DNA from: Carcharhinus amblyrhynchos
Lineage: Eukaryota
Assembly: GCA_965287045.1 (NCBI GenBank)
Contig: OZ336870.1
Coordinates: forward strand, 154,194,001-154,258,000
Direction of reading: 5' to 3'
Length of the DNA: 64,000 nt
Shown piece after piece: positions 37,707 through 52,337 of the stretch. The notes under the pieces were generated by a model. It worked only from the letters and a program-made list of their open reading frames with translations, ran no database searches and was not told the DNA's origin. The position numbers and the translations under genes are program-made. Numbering within the stretch: the first letter of the stretch is position 1; each line of letters begins with the position of its first letter.

Positions 37707-39512
37707 AGTGCATTACACGAAGCTGCATATACAGAGATGGGGTGTCAATTTGAATGTGTTAATTGCTCAATTCAACTGATATTAACATGGCTTTTGCAAA
37801 TTATCTGTGGGAGAGTGGAATTCCCGGAACAAAATCGTGTAAGTCAGGAGAAGGTACAATTACAACACGACAGGGAAATATACCACCAAATTTGCCTCAT
37901 AACTGTTTTCTTGTCTGCTTGTATGAAAGGCTTTATTGAAAACACTTGTGTTGGAAGATTATTTTTGAAGGTGTCTGTAGAGTAAAGTTGATCATGCCCA
38001 TAAACATGTGTAGTTTGGTGACATTCCTGGATGGCATGAGTTCTATTTTGGCTTTTCTCTTCTGGAGCAATTCCTTTTCTGGGCTCTTACAGACCTCTCA
38101 TCACATTCAGGGAGCTGTTACTAAAAGCAGGTCCCTGAATATCTGGAGTCTATTTTGTGAATTCCTCCTTTTGTGCTTCCAACTACAGCAAATTGCATGT
38201 GTTTGGAGTGTCCCTGTAATGTCACCTCAAGCTGGCTGACATCTTGCCAAATGGTAACAAAACCCAGGAATACGGTAATGCGGCGTCCCATTTAAAAGTC
38301 ACTCACATGCATGCTGCACCCACTTTCAAGCTTCCTATGCCCTACTGGATCTTACTCACAGAGTTAAAATCCAGCTTTGCATTTGTCTTACGTACTCAGT
38401 ATTAACACTTGAGAGTTTGTCATCTACTGAAATATTAATAAACTTCCTGTTTTGCTACATTTATTTCATTCTTTTAAAAATTTCTTTTGTTTCCTCATCT
38501 TACAGCCAAATCCCAAGATTGTTTTAAATTTGCAGCAACGTTACCTGTGGTTTGCATGACTGAAATTTGTTGAGCCATTTAAGTATGTTAGATTAAGGTG
38601 AGTGCTAGCTTTCATGGCTGGTCTTGCACATTTGAGTCATGAAACAGTCATGCATTACATTTACCAACTCTAACTCCAAACCTCCTGAGAATCCAATTTA
38701 TGTTCGGTTGGTTGAAGTTTCCGTTTTCAATTACGTTCCTATTTCTCAATGACTCTATCTCCTCACAAAGCAATCTATCCTCCTCGTGCTGACCTTTAGA
38801 AAATCCCAAGCAGCAGCTTGGATCTTTTTCCCATTGGAAACTTCTATCCTAAAGTGGTTCTTTATGTACCTCATTTCCTCCCATAGGATCAATTTGTTTT
38901 ATGCTCCAATTGACCCTGACATATATGATGACATTGCCTTTTTTTCTGTCCGTTCCCCGTACTCAATACCCCAAATGTTAAATTAATTTCTGTCCTATGG
39001 GTTTACCACATTTCTGATGTTCCCACCATGCTTTGTTCCAAGTTGCCATGAACAGTTCCACGCTTACATTTAAACTGCTTCTAATATTCAAATTTAACCA
39101 TCTTACTTTAATTTTCTTCCTTTTATTATGCTAGTTTTTTCCCTGCTAGATTAAAGGTACATGTATATATTGCTGGGTCACTGTAATCAATACTTGTTGA
39201 GTATCCTCTACCCTACTAACTTTCCCACTTGTAATCTGGTTACTTATCCTCTCTCACTCTCAAAACCCCTTAACTCCCCTGCACCTCCATTTACTTCTTA
39301 CTTTGAAAATATTCCCAATTATTTGACTGTTGTTTTGTCACCAGATAGTCAGCCTTCATTTAACACCTCCAATTATGTTGGTGAAGTCCTTCCTTTCCTA
39401 AGTTCTGCAATGTCAATTTTCTTTTAGGTGCTAAAGAACCTCGAAGGTGGCCAGGATGGGGGCCTAAGCTCAAACATCGATTTAACTTGCATTGATGGCA
39501 AGATCTTACCTT

Positions 39513-39797
39513 AAAGTTTATTTAAGTGACACAAGTAGGCTTACACTAATATTGCAATGAAGCTGCTATGAAAATCCCCTTGTCGCCACACTCCGGCATC
39601 TGTTCGGGTACACTGAGGGAGAATTTAGCATTGCCAATATACCTAACAAGGTATCTTTCAGACCGTGGGAGAAAACCAAAGCACCCAGAGAAAACTGATG
39701 CAACGCAGGGAGAACGTGCAGACTCCGCACAGAGTGACCCAAGCTGGGAATCAAACCGAGATCCCCAGCGCTGTGAGGCAGCAGTGCTAGCCACAGG
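39513..39797 (-). mobile_element. HE1-like tRNA SINE
   Basis: Same subfamily as 764-1032. Confidence 0.85.
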
Positions 39798-39799
39798 GC

Positions 39800-41270
39800 T
39801 ATAATTTCTCGGATTGTCTTCTGCCCTTCTTAAACAGAGAAATAACGTTACTTACTCTACAATCCTCTGGTACCTCACCCCGTGGCTAAAGGGGATACAA
39901 AGATTTTGGCCAATGCGTCAGTAAATTCTTCCTGCGCCTCTTAGTATTCTGGGATAGACCCTATCTAGCATTTGCCTACCTTAGTGTTCTCAAAACCTCC
40001 AATACCACCTTCCTTTTTATCTCAACATGCTCTAGAATGTTAACATCCTCCTTTCCATATTCACTATCCACCAAATCCTTCTCCTTTGTGAATACTGATG
40101 CCAAGTATACGTTAAGGACCTCACCCACCTCATCTGCTTCCAAACACAAATTCCCTCCACTGTTGTTGAATGGACCCATTCTTTCCTTAGCTATTCTCTT
40201 CCTCTTTATATATGGATAAAAAGACTTGGGATTCTCCTTAATCCTGCCTGCCAAGAACATTTCATGGCCCCTTTTAGCCTTTCAAAGCTCTTTCCTGCCA
40301 TCTTTGTATTCCTCAAGAGTCTTGTCCATTTTCAATTTCCTGAAATTTATGTATGCCTCCTTCTTTTTCACTAAGCTCACAATCTTTCTTGTCATCCAGG
40401 GTTCCCGAATCTTGCCATCTTTATCTTTCATTTTTACAGGGACATACTTGTCCTGAATTGTTAACAAGTGACTTTTAAAAGCCTCCCACATATCAGATGT
40501 GGATTTACCCTCAAACAGCTGTCCCCAGTCTACATTCCCTAGCTCCTGCCTAATACTATCATAGATAGCCTTCCCACAGTCAGTACTTTCATTCTGGGAC
40601 TACTTCTACCCTTTTTTATAAGTATCTTGAATCTGGTAGAATTGGATCACTGTTCAAGAAATGGTCCCCCACTGAGACAATCACCTGTCTGGGCTCTTTT
40701 CTCAGAACCAGGTCTAAGATAGCCTCTTCCCGAGGTGGAATAACTACACAATGCCTCAAAAAGCACTCTTGGAAACACTGAAGAAACTCAGCCCCATCCA
40801 AACCCCTGACGCTAAAGGAATCCCAGTCCATATTGGGGAATTTAAAATCACCCATCACAACAACCCTGCTGTTTTCACATCTTCCCATAATCTGTTGGCA
40901 TATCAGTTCCTCCACTTCGCGCTGGCTGTTAGGAGGTCTTGAGTACAACCCCAACAGTGTGATTGCACTGATCCTGTTCCTGAGTTCTACCCATATGGCC
41001 TCACTGCATGATTGCACGAACGTATCCTCCCTCTGTATAACTGTGACATTCTCCCTAATCAGTAAAGCAACACCCCCACCTCTTCTGCCACCCTATCTCG
41101 CCTGAAGCATCTAAATCCTGGAATGCTAAACTACCAGTCCTGCCCTTCTTTCATCCAAGTCTCCATAATTACCACAACATCTTTCTTTCATGTAGTAATC
41201 TAAGCTTTTAAGTTCATCTGCCTAACCTGTCATACTCCTTGCATTAAAGCAAACACATGTCAGACCATCT
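39800..41270 (-). mobile_element. CR1 ORF2 N-terminal (AP endonuclease) fragment
   Basis: EAIWVELRN..LLGLYSRPPN..VVVMGDFKFPNMDW..PREEAILDLVL, EPWMTRKI, IKENPKSFYPYIK..LNVYLASVFT. Confidence 0.92.
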
Positions 41271-44200
41271 GTCCTGTCCAATTCAGGTTCTTCAGCTTGC
41301 AGATTAGAAAATCATTTGGCACGTAAGTATTTTTTTTTATGACAAACTGATGGAACTCACTCCCTTCAGAAGTTTTAAAACTTTGTCTGCGTCGCCTCCG
41401 AAGCATTCTCTCCTGGTTTACATTCCTCTAGTCATTAAGCTTTGTTGCCCCAAGTCTGTAATGATTACTAAATACCCTGGAATTGATCTATGTGGTGGTC
41501 CCGCCAAGATATTCCCCTGACAGGCAGGTGGAGAAAAGCCAAGCATTATTCTTAACATAGAATGTGATGTGTGATTTCTAAACTATATTTATTCTGGCTT
41601 TGTATTTCCCGGTCTTGACCGTATATACTCATCAACCTATTTACCATCTCTATAAGCCCTATAACAATGCCCCTGAATTTTAAGCATTTTATGAGTGAGG
41701 CACCAGGTAGGTCTCTATCTGTTCTGCATTCAAGCATGTCAGACAAATCTAGAATTACCATGACGTAAATGCCTTATTTATTGACATAATCAACATAAGA
41801 ACTTCTTCCACACTGAGTCCAGTCACCAGTACAAAATTAGTCTTCAAAGTATTTCCCCCAAATCTGAACTCCCACATAAAAATTTGCTGATGTCACAAAG
41901 GTAGAAGGATTGTATTAACAATGGCTTCATCCAAATCATAGTTAAAGTTGCTTCAAACTAAGGTCATAACCCAGATCCCGACTTATGTTGATTATTTGTG
42001 TCAACCTAATTGGCCTGCTGTTCCAGGCGGACTCTGTAACCAAGGCCCATGCAAAAACGGCAGAGCTGAGGTCTGACATCCGGGTGGAAGACAAGCAAAC
42101 TGATTTTGTTATTAATATTCCAGCAATGAGTTCAGGATTTGAAATGCAGAAGGAGGAATGGTATGAGAAAGGACACAAGCTTCCCAGAGGTGCTCAATTA
42201 AGCAACCACCACCACCACTAGGAGTGCCATCCCATACCATGGGCAGACTGGTACCAGTCACTGGAAGGTCAGAGACGCAAAAGAAAAGGGTGACTGGCAC
42301 CCTCACTAAGAACTGCGTGTTCTGCTCCAAAGAGAGAAGGTAAGAGTGCCACAAAATGGAGATACATTACTAGAACAGGCAGACATGTCCAAACACCCAG
42401 ATCCGTCAGCAAGGGAAATGCTTGCTTTAGCCTGTGAACGTGCTGAATGAAACCAAGACTGATTTAAAGAAAGCTTTGCATATTCATTTTATGGCATTTC
42501 ACCCTCTCGTTGTGCTTTCACCTCCTGTAACGAGAAAAGTTGCACAAACAGCAGGGGTCCAGAACGTCTCCAGCAAACTGCCATTGCCCTAGGAAAATGG
42601 CAGTTAATTGATACCATAATGGCTGCAATTGGCTTCTCGCCACAGCCAAGCGGTTTGACACCCAGGCACGCAGCCAGCTCCTGGGAAAAGCAGCCAGAGA
42701 CAGGAAGCATCAGAGAGCTGGCTCAGTTCACTACTTTATAATTTTCCCAGCTCTAAACCATCCCTGGGAAAATTATCCCACAAGGAGTTGACAGGTTAAG
42801 GTTCGGAACTAAGACCAGTGATGCTCAACAAACACCAGAGCAGAGATTGGGAGCAAAAGAAAAAACAGGGGAGATCAAAAAGCTTTAGGATTCAAGGAAA
42901 CGTTGTTCCAATGATAGTTAAAACTGAGTTGAAAGGGCACGTTGGTTCTCATCTTTTTATTCAAAAGTTTATAATGGGTTTGGTTTAATTTTGTGACCAG
43001 AAATAGTGAATAACCAGGCTGGTTAAAAGACAACATAGAAGCACTGCCCAAAATAGCTGGCGCATTTAATATACATCAGGCAAGGCAGCTGTTGAGGATA
43101 AGCAAGGATGCTTTAAGTGTTGGGGCCTGTATAGACTATTTACCATCAAACAACTTTGTCCCCTCTTCAAAACTTCCTGTCAAGTTGCCGAGACATGATT
43201 TGTATTTTCAAGAGCCATATTGAGAATCCCTAATAAGCAGCACTCTTTCAAAACATTGTGTAGAGCATATCTAATAATACCTTTAAGTATTGAATGTCAA
43301 ATTGGCATACATTTGCTAGACACCGACTTGCTCCCTTTGTTAAATATAGGCGCGACAGGCTTCTGTTCAGTCAATGGAAACATTCCCAGACTGCAACAAA
43401 CTGATAAGTACGTGAGCCAAGTGACTGGCATTTACTGAGGTGAATACAATCCAGACCAGCAATCCAACACTAGCAAGGACATATTCTTCAACAAATTCCA
43501 AGGGTTCAATATTGATGCAATTTTGTTTTATCTGCCTGTTCTGGCAATTCTGCAATGTTCTTAATAGTAAAAACAGATCAAAAGTCATATCCTGTTCTAC
43601 TTTCTTTTGCACCATTAAGAACATTAAAAGGCAGTACACTAACCAGTTTCACTCACCAAAACTTCAGACAGAAACATTGGCAATGCCATTTATCTCTGCA
43701 ACCCTAATGATTTGCACAAACCAACATCTATGATGACTCAAAATTGCTACTCATCACCTAGGTGTAAACAAATATTCTGAATAAGCCAGGGACTTATATA
43801 TTGGGAAACATGGACAGAGACAGCTAAAAGCTTCTCAGACACAAATATGTACCTGGCTGACTACATCTCTTCAACGTCTCAAGTTACCAATTATAGTTTT
43901 ATATTTCAAAATTGTGAAACAACTTTCTATTGCTAAATCATAATCACATTATGAACTGTCTCAACTAGAATCATCCATCAGCCTCAGTTGCCCCATCAAT
44001 TTACATAAATCATTATTTTTGCACCAAAATTTCCAGGAAAATGCTAGACATCTCAACAGTTTAACTACTGGAATTCTGAGTTATCAAACAAAGGAAACTC
44101 AATACATGGCAGATATCATGTTAAATTTCCATTCAACACCAATACAATGAATAAATTTATGTTTTCATCAGAAGGAATGGCATTGTCCTCATGGAGGGGG

Positions 44201-45829
44201 GTGGAAAACTGTGCATTGTCCCCACGTACAGTCACCACCACCACCACACCCCCCTTCGCCCACCCAAAGAAATTCGGCAGCAAGCCCGTCTCTGCACAGC
44301 CAGAAAAATCTGACTTTGTTTTATTGTTAAACTGCTAAGTGGTTTAGGTAATGGCTTTTGTGCCATGTGTTTGGTGTCCTCCTTCAGAGAGCTGTTGGCC
44401 CATTAGATGGCTCACAGTCTCAGCAATGGGAGTGGTGGCCACTGCTGCAACTGCAGTCAGTCCCCCATGTGGAATGGCACAGAGGCTGGACTGCAAGTAC
44501 GGCGGCCTCTCTTTGGTTAGTTAGGAAGGGCTGTGATCGGGAGGTCAGGATGAGGTGGGTGGGGGAGTCGGAATAAGTCAGAGTGGCAATCACTGTTAGG
44601 AGAGCCTCTGTTGGGGTCCTAGAGTGGCTAAAGGGTGGGTAGGTGAGCCAGCCCATACCTACCCTGCCACTGGTAAAATACCAGTGGAAACAGAAACTTC
44701 CCACGCCACCTGATTCTTAATGTCTGCTCCATAAGCGAAGTTAGATTGGAGTGCAAGATGGGGTGCACAGGGTGGCTAGTATAAAATTCCAGCCATATCT
44801 TCAAAGCAATTTTTGATAAAAAGCAGTTAAGCCACAAATCACTTTGTTTAGATTGGTTTATATTGTTCCTATTTAATACCTGCTGAAATCTTTCTTGCTT
44901 CAATTGTTTTGATTGCGGATCAATGTATAAACTTTTTTTAAGCTTGGAAACATTGTCATGCTGATGATAGCCAAAATGCAGTCCAGCTTAACAATGAAAG
45001 TTAAGTTCACATCAGTTCAACAGTGCATAACCTTGTTGTTCTATTCAATGCTGACCATAGCTTCAAACTCCACATCCACTCCTACATCAATACTGTGCAC
45101 ATTCATCCTAAAACAAAATCTGTCTGTTTCATCCCAACCATTATTGAAACCCTTGCTCTAGTTTGTCCAAGCTTAATTTCTCAAATGCCTAGAATTCTAC
45201 CTAAATAAACAGCCTCATTCATAACTCTTGTTACCTGTACCCCTGTGCTATCTAAGATCCTGCTCCTCTCTATCCATGCCAACCTCTGATAGTAGGTGCT
45301 GTTGCCAGCCTTCCAAGTGAAATAGAAATCTTTCTCTAGCTTTTTTGAGACTGTTTTGAGATCTGGTTGCAACAGTCTGAAGGGTTTGTTATGATCCTCA
45401 TACTGAACAATAACCTTTTAAGGAGAAAGGAATCCCTACAATGCCAACAATACAAAATATATTGGACAAGATTTTGCTTTCTAAAAAGCTTTCACTGTAA
45501 TGATCTAATTAAAATCAACGCACAGTGAACTCTTGATGACTCACTCTCAGGTGGCATGAAATTCTGCTTTGTTGATGTTAACAACTATTCCCACTGGCAG
45601 AATTATCAAAAGCAATAGAACAATGCCCATGACTCGCTGAAATTCCATAATGATTGATCTGGATTAGCCAAACCTTTGCTGGGTGCTGACAAGAGAAATA
45701 ATGCTGAAATCAGGGGTCACAAGATTGTGCCAAAAAAGCAGATTGGTTGGAGCTAAGTGCACTCAAATTTCTCTGTGGAACTAGACCTGGCAAGACCTGT
45801 GAGAAAGTTAAAGATTTTGTTAACCAGAG

Positions 45830-47480
45830 CGAAACGTTGAGAGGGCAGGTGGAAAATAGTGACAGAAAGTAGACACTGCAAGAAAGCTGGGAATTCTGCT
45901 ATCATATTTGTCCACAATTCTGAAAGCCAAGGAGAACATCTTGGAACAGTTCAACAAATGGGCATTCTCTCCAGCAAAGGGGGAGGAGGAGAGAATGACC
46001 ATCTGTGCCAACATCGAAGCAGCTCTGCTAATGTGGTACAATCCATGCTGGCCAAGCAGAGATGTGCCAATTTCCAGCTCCATCCTGCAGAGAAGGGGAG
46101 TCACCATGGTGAAGAAGCTGGGACACATGGAATTTACATGCAATGATGGATGACTGGACTGATTCAAGACAAGGCACAACATTGTCTTCTGCTCAGCGAG
46201 TGGTGAGGGCATTGCCATTATGACAACAATGACAGATGACTGGCTCTTAAATGGTCTTGTCCATGTCTTGAATGTAAATGCATAAAGAGACATATTTGAC
46301 ATGGGTGAAACCGGACGGTTTTACCGTCTTTTGCCAGACTGCTCTTTGGAGTTTACAGGAGCACGTGTAATGGCAGAAAGCAGAGCAAAGAATGGACCAC
46401 GGCTATGGACAATGCCAACATGGATGGCATCAAAAATCTGTTGCCTCTCATGAGGAAGACCAAGAAACCACAATTCTTTTCAAAAGTCACTACCCACACA
46501 GAATAAGGCAAATAAAAAAAGGATCAGAAAAGTAGACAAAATTTTTTTTTGGTTCATTTGTTGGACATAGGCTTCACTGGGTAGCTAGCATTTATTGCCC
46601 ATCCCTAGTTACCAGAGGGCAATTGAGTGTCAACCACGTTGCTGTGGATTTGGACCCACATGTAGGCCAGACCAGGTAAGGACGGCAGAATTCCTTCCCT
46701 AAAGGACATTAGTGAGCCAGACAATTGACAATGATTTCATGGTCATCAGTAGATTCATAACTCCAGATATATTTTATTGAATTCAAATTTCACCATCTGC
46801 CATAGCAGGATTCGAACCCCGGTCCCCAGAACATTAGCTGAGTTTCTGGATTAATAATCGAGCAATAGTGCAACTAGGCCATCACCACTCCCTGGGATTC
46901 AAAAGAAAAAGAACATTGCCAACATTGTAAACAACTGCCCTGAACTGCTGGCCTCAAGACCATCAAGCTGATGTTCTTGCCTCCCAACACCATGGCCAAA
47001 CTCCAGCCAGTGGATGAGGATGTGCTCAGGATCTGGAAAACCCACTACTGAAGGCAGATCTCACAGGCCATTGATAAGAAGTAGGGCTAAAATCCCACTG
47101 TTCTCGAGGCCACGTTGACACTGAAAAAAATGGGGAAGGAAAGCCACATTTGCAAGCTGCTTCAACAATGCTGGGTTCAAACAGATTACAGCTGCAGAAA
47201 ACAATGGCAGTGATGAGGAGCAGGGTGATGCGAATCTACATGATGGTGAGGCATTTCCCTTTTGCCTCTCGGGTGCTAAGATGGAGATTCTGTCAGAGAC
47301 AACGATAAAAAGATAGATGATGCCGTATGATGCACACTGAACTGACAGACGATATCACTGTAGATACAGTGCATTCTTTAGCCAAGGTGGTGATGACCCT
47401 GAAGATTCCGATGAATGTCTGTTTGTTTACCTGGGTCATGCTGTGGAGGTGTAGAGATTTTCTAAAATTTCGCACTGCAA
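45830..47480 (+). mobile_element. pogo/Tigger (TIGD-like) DNA transposon transposase fossil
   Basis: STILKAK..IEAALLMW..EFTCNDG*LD*FKTRHNI (CENP-B-type HTH), DIFDMGETG.FYRLLP, KQSKE.TT...ANMDG, FLPPNTMAKLQPVDEDV (DDE_1-type motifs). Stops and frameshifts, interrupted by a SINE. Confidence 0.85.
46552..46892 (-). mobile_element. tRNA-derived SINE inserted into the Tigger fossil
   Basis: B-box-like GGTTCGAATCC on the minus strand (~46808-46820) and a LINE-like tail similar to 14075-14130. Confidence 0.75.
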
Positions 47481-50400
47481 CACGTAAATACTAATAACAC
47501 ATTTGACTGCACTGACTGCATGGCAACATTGAGCACATAAAAGGATTATGGAGCTTTTCTAGTGATAAACCCCTACCTTTTCCCCAGGTCAACCCCATCC
47601 CCCAAGGATGGCCAACAAAATGTAAACTATATATAAACTAATTGAGTAAAGATTTTTTCACTTTATTAGTGTAATACTATGTTTTTCATTTCAAATTTGA
47701 ATCTGAAAAAACTAATACAGTAGATTCATTTGTAGGGATATTAGGTTGCACACTTGCATATCCTGGTGCTAAATTGGGCCTCATCAGATATCACAATGCT
47801 CTGTTTAACCAGAATTTAAAGGCGACTCTGCTTGGATTCAACTCATTGAGTGTTTATGGTAACTCAAAACATTAATTAACAGATGAAGGGCATGTCAAAC
47901 AAAGAGGTAAATAATTGAAACAACTGGCTGCAAAAACGAGGCACCACGCGCAATCACCCAGTTTCTCCAGCTCAACCCTGCAGTGTAGGATCTCCCACTT
48001 CTCCCTTGACCATTTCAGCCCTTGAGTTGCATTCAGCAACAGCCATATTCCATTTATAAAATCGCTGAACGCTGTTTGTTAACACTGGCAAGGTGCACAT
48101 CTATGTGCCGTCTCACTTGCGTCACAACAGTCCTGATGGCACAGCATCCTCAGCAACTCCGTTTTCTGACTGACCTCTTTAAATGACTGGGTGGGCTCTG
48201 GCAGCACTGAAACAGCTCATTCCTTGCACTGTATGTCCTTAACTCTCTTCCCTTCCCAGGGGCCAGGTGGTGTGGAGGAAATGCATGCAAAAGCCAGATC
48301 ATTTGCGAGGGGGCACCCAATGTTAGAAGGAGGTTGTTGATGGACCTGCCCATGCCCTGTCCACTCAAGGTCCGAGCTGAGTCACTTTTCAGCTTTCTCC
48401 CTGCCCCTGCACTCATTCAAACACCTGAAAATTGGGGCCTGATGGTAAGTGGAGCTTAAGCAGTTATTAATTCTGCCTCAAGGAACCAATTAACACTCTT
48501 TCAGAAAGCATCCCAGTCCCGTCTGGTTTGAAGGGGATGTAACACAAAAGTAAACACAGGCTTCTCCTGGGGTCATCGCAGATTGATGTAGTTGTGCAAG
48601 GTGCATTTCTTTAAAATGCTCTCTTGAGCAATGACCTGACAAAATCAAGATTACTTAAAATAAATATTCAGTTGCATTTGGCTTGCTGCTAGGATATTAT
48701 TCAAGAAATCAGCCTTCCTGTCCAAGCACCCCAACTTCTCCATGACATACTCTCGAATATGCATTATAGCCTCATCATACATCATGGCTCTCATCAGGTC
48801 AAGAATGATTCTGACCAAGCACTGAGAAAGTTCTGAACTAGGTGGCTTGGTAATGTCCTAAAGACCAATGTACCCTCTGTTGTTGGACACAGCCATAGTG
48901 TTGAGCTCTTGCATGGTGCATAAGCTTGGTAACATAAAGGAGACAACTTGTCTGTCACCTGTATGGGAATTTTCAGGTTGCTGAACAATTCAGCTGAGGA
49001 GAAATATTGCTTATTATCTTGGGAGACGCACTGTCAGCATCAACTAGTAAATTGGGAGCTTCCTAAAGTTGGCCCAAGGATTATTATCATTTTCATATTG
49101 TCCAGTGGGCAGATTTATAATCACTCTACTGACCACTTGGTTATAATTCTCTATGTGAATTACTATAACCCCACAAAGAGTACACACTACAAGATACTCC
49201 AGTGAGTTCTGTTCTTCCTCTATCTGTGGTGACAATTTCAGGTTAACCCTTGTCTGGTGTAGACAATCGAGTTCAATTGATAGCAAGGCTTACCTGACAG
49301 GATTAGTTTCATGACCCACATTATTGGGCATGAAGAAAGGTGGCTTCTGCCTCTACTCGGAAGGCTTCATATTGGTAAGAATTCACCTCACATGCTAGTA
49401 TGAAAACGGAGAATCAGATTGTGCCCAACAATAAATGAATCTGCTCAGATCATTTTAAACTAACACTACTATGTTGCTCTTGTGTGTACTGTATTTGAAA
49501 TACCAAAAGCCTGACTAATTGATTGTGTCTGAATTATATACCAACAGAGGAATCATAATGCCAAACAATATTATGAACACCAAACAGTCATTGTGTTTGC
49601 TGATTCATGCCTTGTGTGGGTAAGTCCCTGGCGTTATAAAATCCACCTACGCACACATCACTTGTTCTCAGAGAGAAAAAAAAGGATTTGTTCCTTCATC
49701 TGCACTGGCAAATCTATCGAGGACAAATTTAAAGTAGACAGAATTAAAGATGATTCAATTTACACTGAAATATATCATACAAATAATACAGTCTCTGCTG
49801 TAGTCATACATCAGTTATAATAGAATAATATAATTTCACACACAAATCAAACTGGACACATGACTACAGCTAGAAATGCTCTAAACATTCACGTACTGTC
49901 TGAATCGCTCTGTTTTCTAATCCTCCCCCATATCCTATTTTTAAAAACTGGTGTTGTGGGGGCCAGTTTACTATTCCAGATCACTTTTATCAAGAGGTTA
50001 AACTTTACTCAAGGTTAAACCAGCAAGTGCAATTAATGTTTTGTAGCCAAGGTCTTAAAACAAAAATTCCAAATGGGAACCCTGGTATTGTTTGTTTTGA
50101 TTTGTTTAAGGTTTATGCAAATACAAAGGTTAACCTACAAATGTCACTTTTGTTTTGTATACAGAGTAATCTAGCATAGTTTGTTGAAATACAACACTAT
50201 GCATTTAGTGAATGTTTTAGTTTAAATAATTTCCCTAGCAATGCAGGGATGCTACATTCTACACGAACACGCATGTTACATTTTATTATTAGTAAAGAGC
50301 AGGGAACTGATAGTCATGTGAACATGTAGCTCTGTGCAACGTGAATGCCATATTCACGTTGCACTGCAGTCAGGTTCCAAGAATCTAATGTACGAGTCTA

Positions 50401-51069
50401 ATGCGATGGCCCATGTGCTTTTGGGGAAAAGAAACATTAATTTTGAGGTGATGGTTCTGACAAAAGATAGGTTTCTCCAAAAAAAAATTATTGTAAAAAG
50501 CAGCTGACATGCAGTAATTGATCATGTGACCCAAGTTGCCTGGGAGGGGAACAATGATTGGGGCTGGGGGGAAGGAACGAGGTCAACCAGGATAAGTATG
50601 AGGGGGACCCTGGGTGTTGTTCTGTGTCAAGTAGTTTGGGTTTATTTCCAGATCAAGGTGGCTAGGGAGGCCATGTCTTTCAAGCAGGATTCAACTGAAA
50701 GGGTGTGCTGGCTAAAATTATTTTTTTTAAGCTTCAGAATGGATTGACTCTACTAACACCAAGTAGAATATCTTGACAAGCCAAGCTAGGAAGAGAGAGC
50801 TCTTAGATACAAGACTCCAGAGGTAGAGTATAAAAAGCAAGAGTCCTGACCAGAGGTGGTCATGCTTAAGATGTTAGTTATACTTGTTTTAAACTGGGAG
50901 ACCATAGCAGAAGATGGTTGGAGGAAGTTGGAATGGATAGCCTTGCTTAGAAGCAAGGCAGAAATGCAGACAACTTTTTCTTGAAACATTCAGCACACAA
51001 CTCCAGTCAAAGTTATGTAATCATAGTAACTTCGTTGCAGTGTTAATGCAAGCCTACTTGTGAAAAAAA

Positions 51070-51800
51070 TAGAACTACCAATATGAATTTCGGGAACTAA
51101 GTGCGCATGTTGACAATTTCATAAGTTGAAAAACACAGCCATAAAATGTGAATTTAAAGACACAGATGAAAGGATGGTTGGTTAACTCACATGGGTCACT
51201 GCAAGCCTGAGGTACAAAAACTTATTGGAAAGGGCAAGCTCACAATTCAGCAGACTGCAGACACTGCCAGAGTCCACGAAACCTCAAGCCGAGATGGAGG
51301 CACCAACTGCCAAAACAGCCAGCTTTTAATTACGAGTGATACAGTGCAACAGCAACAAGAGAATGCACACCAAACAGACAGAAAGATATACAGAAGTTGT
51401 GGAAGACTGAGTCCACAAACAGAAGGAAATGTCCTGCAAATGGATCAAACTGCAGGGCTTGTAGAAAACCCAAATCATTGGGAAAAGATGTGCCAAACAA
51501 AAAGAAGATGGTGAATGAGTTATTAGAGTTACAGCAACTGGGAGAACAATAAGCAAAAGAATTCAAAGCTTCCATATCCTGGAAGGTGATGAGGAGTTTG
51601 GAGGGCACAATAGGCATGGGAACCAAAGAACGGCATGAAATGGTTGGATACAACAGTTCATCGAGAAAAGAAGTTCATGCAACCATTCAGATCAGCAAGG
51701 GGGTTAGAAATAAGCCAACAACTATAAATTTGAGGCTAAAGCTTGAGACTTGAACATAGAGCAACATGGTGCAACTCAGACTTCAGACCTTAAAGAAAAT
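51070..51800 (+). mobile_element. Gypsy-type LTR retrotransposon gag/protease fossil
   Basis: EVQKLIGKGKLTIQQTADTARVHETS, frameshifted zinc knuckle (CG...KCPA..C..C.KPNHW.KMC), EVHATIQI..LRLKL(D)T protease-like start. Confidence 0.7.
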
Positions 51801-51883
51801 GGGTACCTAAGGAAAGGTGCTTTGAAACCAAGCAACGTTTAAACAGCATATGGGGGATTATTCTAGAGCCATGATTTTTTAAA

Positions 51884-52175
51884 AAAGTTTATTTTATTAG
51901 TGCCACTAGGCTTACATTAACACTGCGTGAAGTTACTGTGAAAATCTCGAGTCACCACACTCTGGCACCTGTTCAGATACACTGAGGGAGAATTTAGCAC
52001 AGCCAATGTACCTAACCAGTACATCTTTCAGATTGTGGGAAGCCAGAGCACTTGGAGGAAACCCACGCAGACATTGGGAGAACATGCAAACTCTGCACAG
52101 ACAATGACCCAAGCCAGGAATCGTACCCAAGTTCCTGGTGCTGTGAAGCAGCAGTGCTAACCTCTCTGTTACTCT
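51884..52175 (-). mobile_element. HE1-like tRNA SINE
   Basis: Same subfamily as 764-1032. Confidence 0.85.
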
Positions 52176-52337
52176 GCTGTTCATGATCAATGGGACAACA
52201 TGGAGGACAAAATGAATGCTGATAGTGGTTTAACCAATCAATCCAATCAGATAGTTATTTGTCTGACGTCAGGTGTACACGTTCAGTCCATTGTTACAAT
52301 ACTGCATCTGTTTGATCTGTGAAAACATTCATCAGGA

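Noticed and set aside
42360-44810. Segments ending in ggaaaattatccc / aaaattccagcc (also near 150-420 and 61930-62160), possibly non-autonomous DNA transposons
   Set aside because: Too degraded to define paired TIRs or boundaries by eye.
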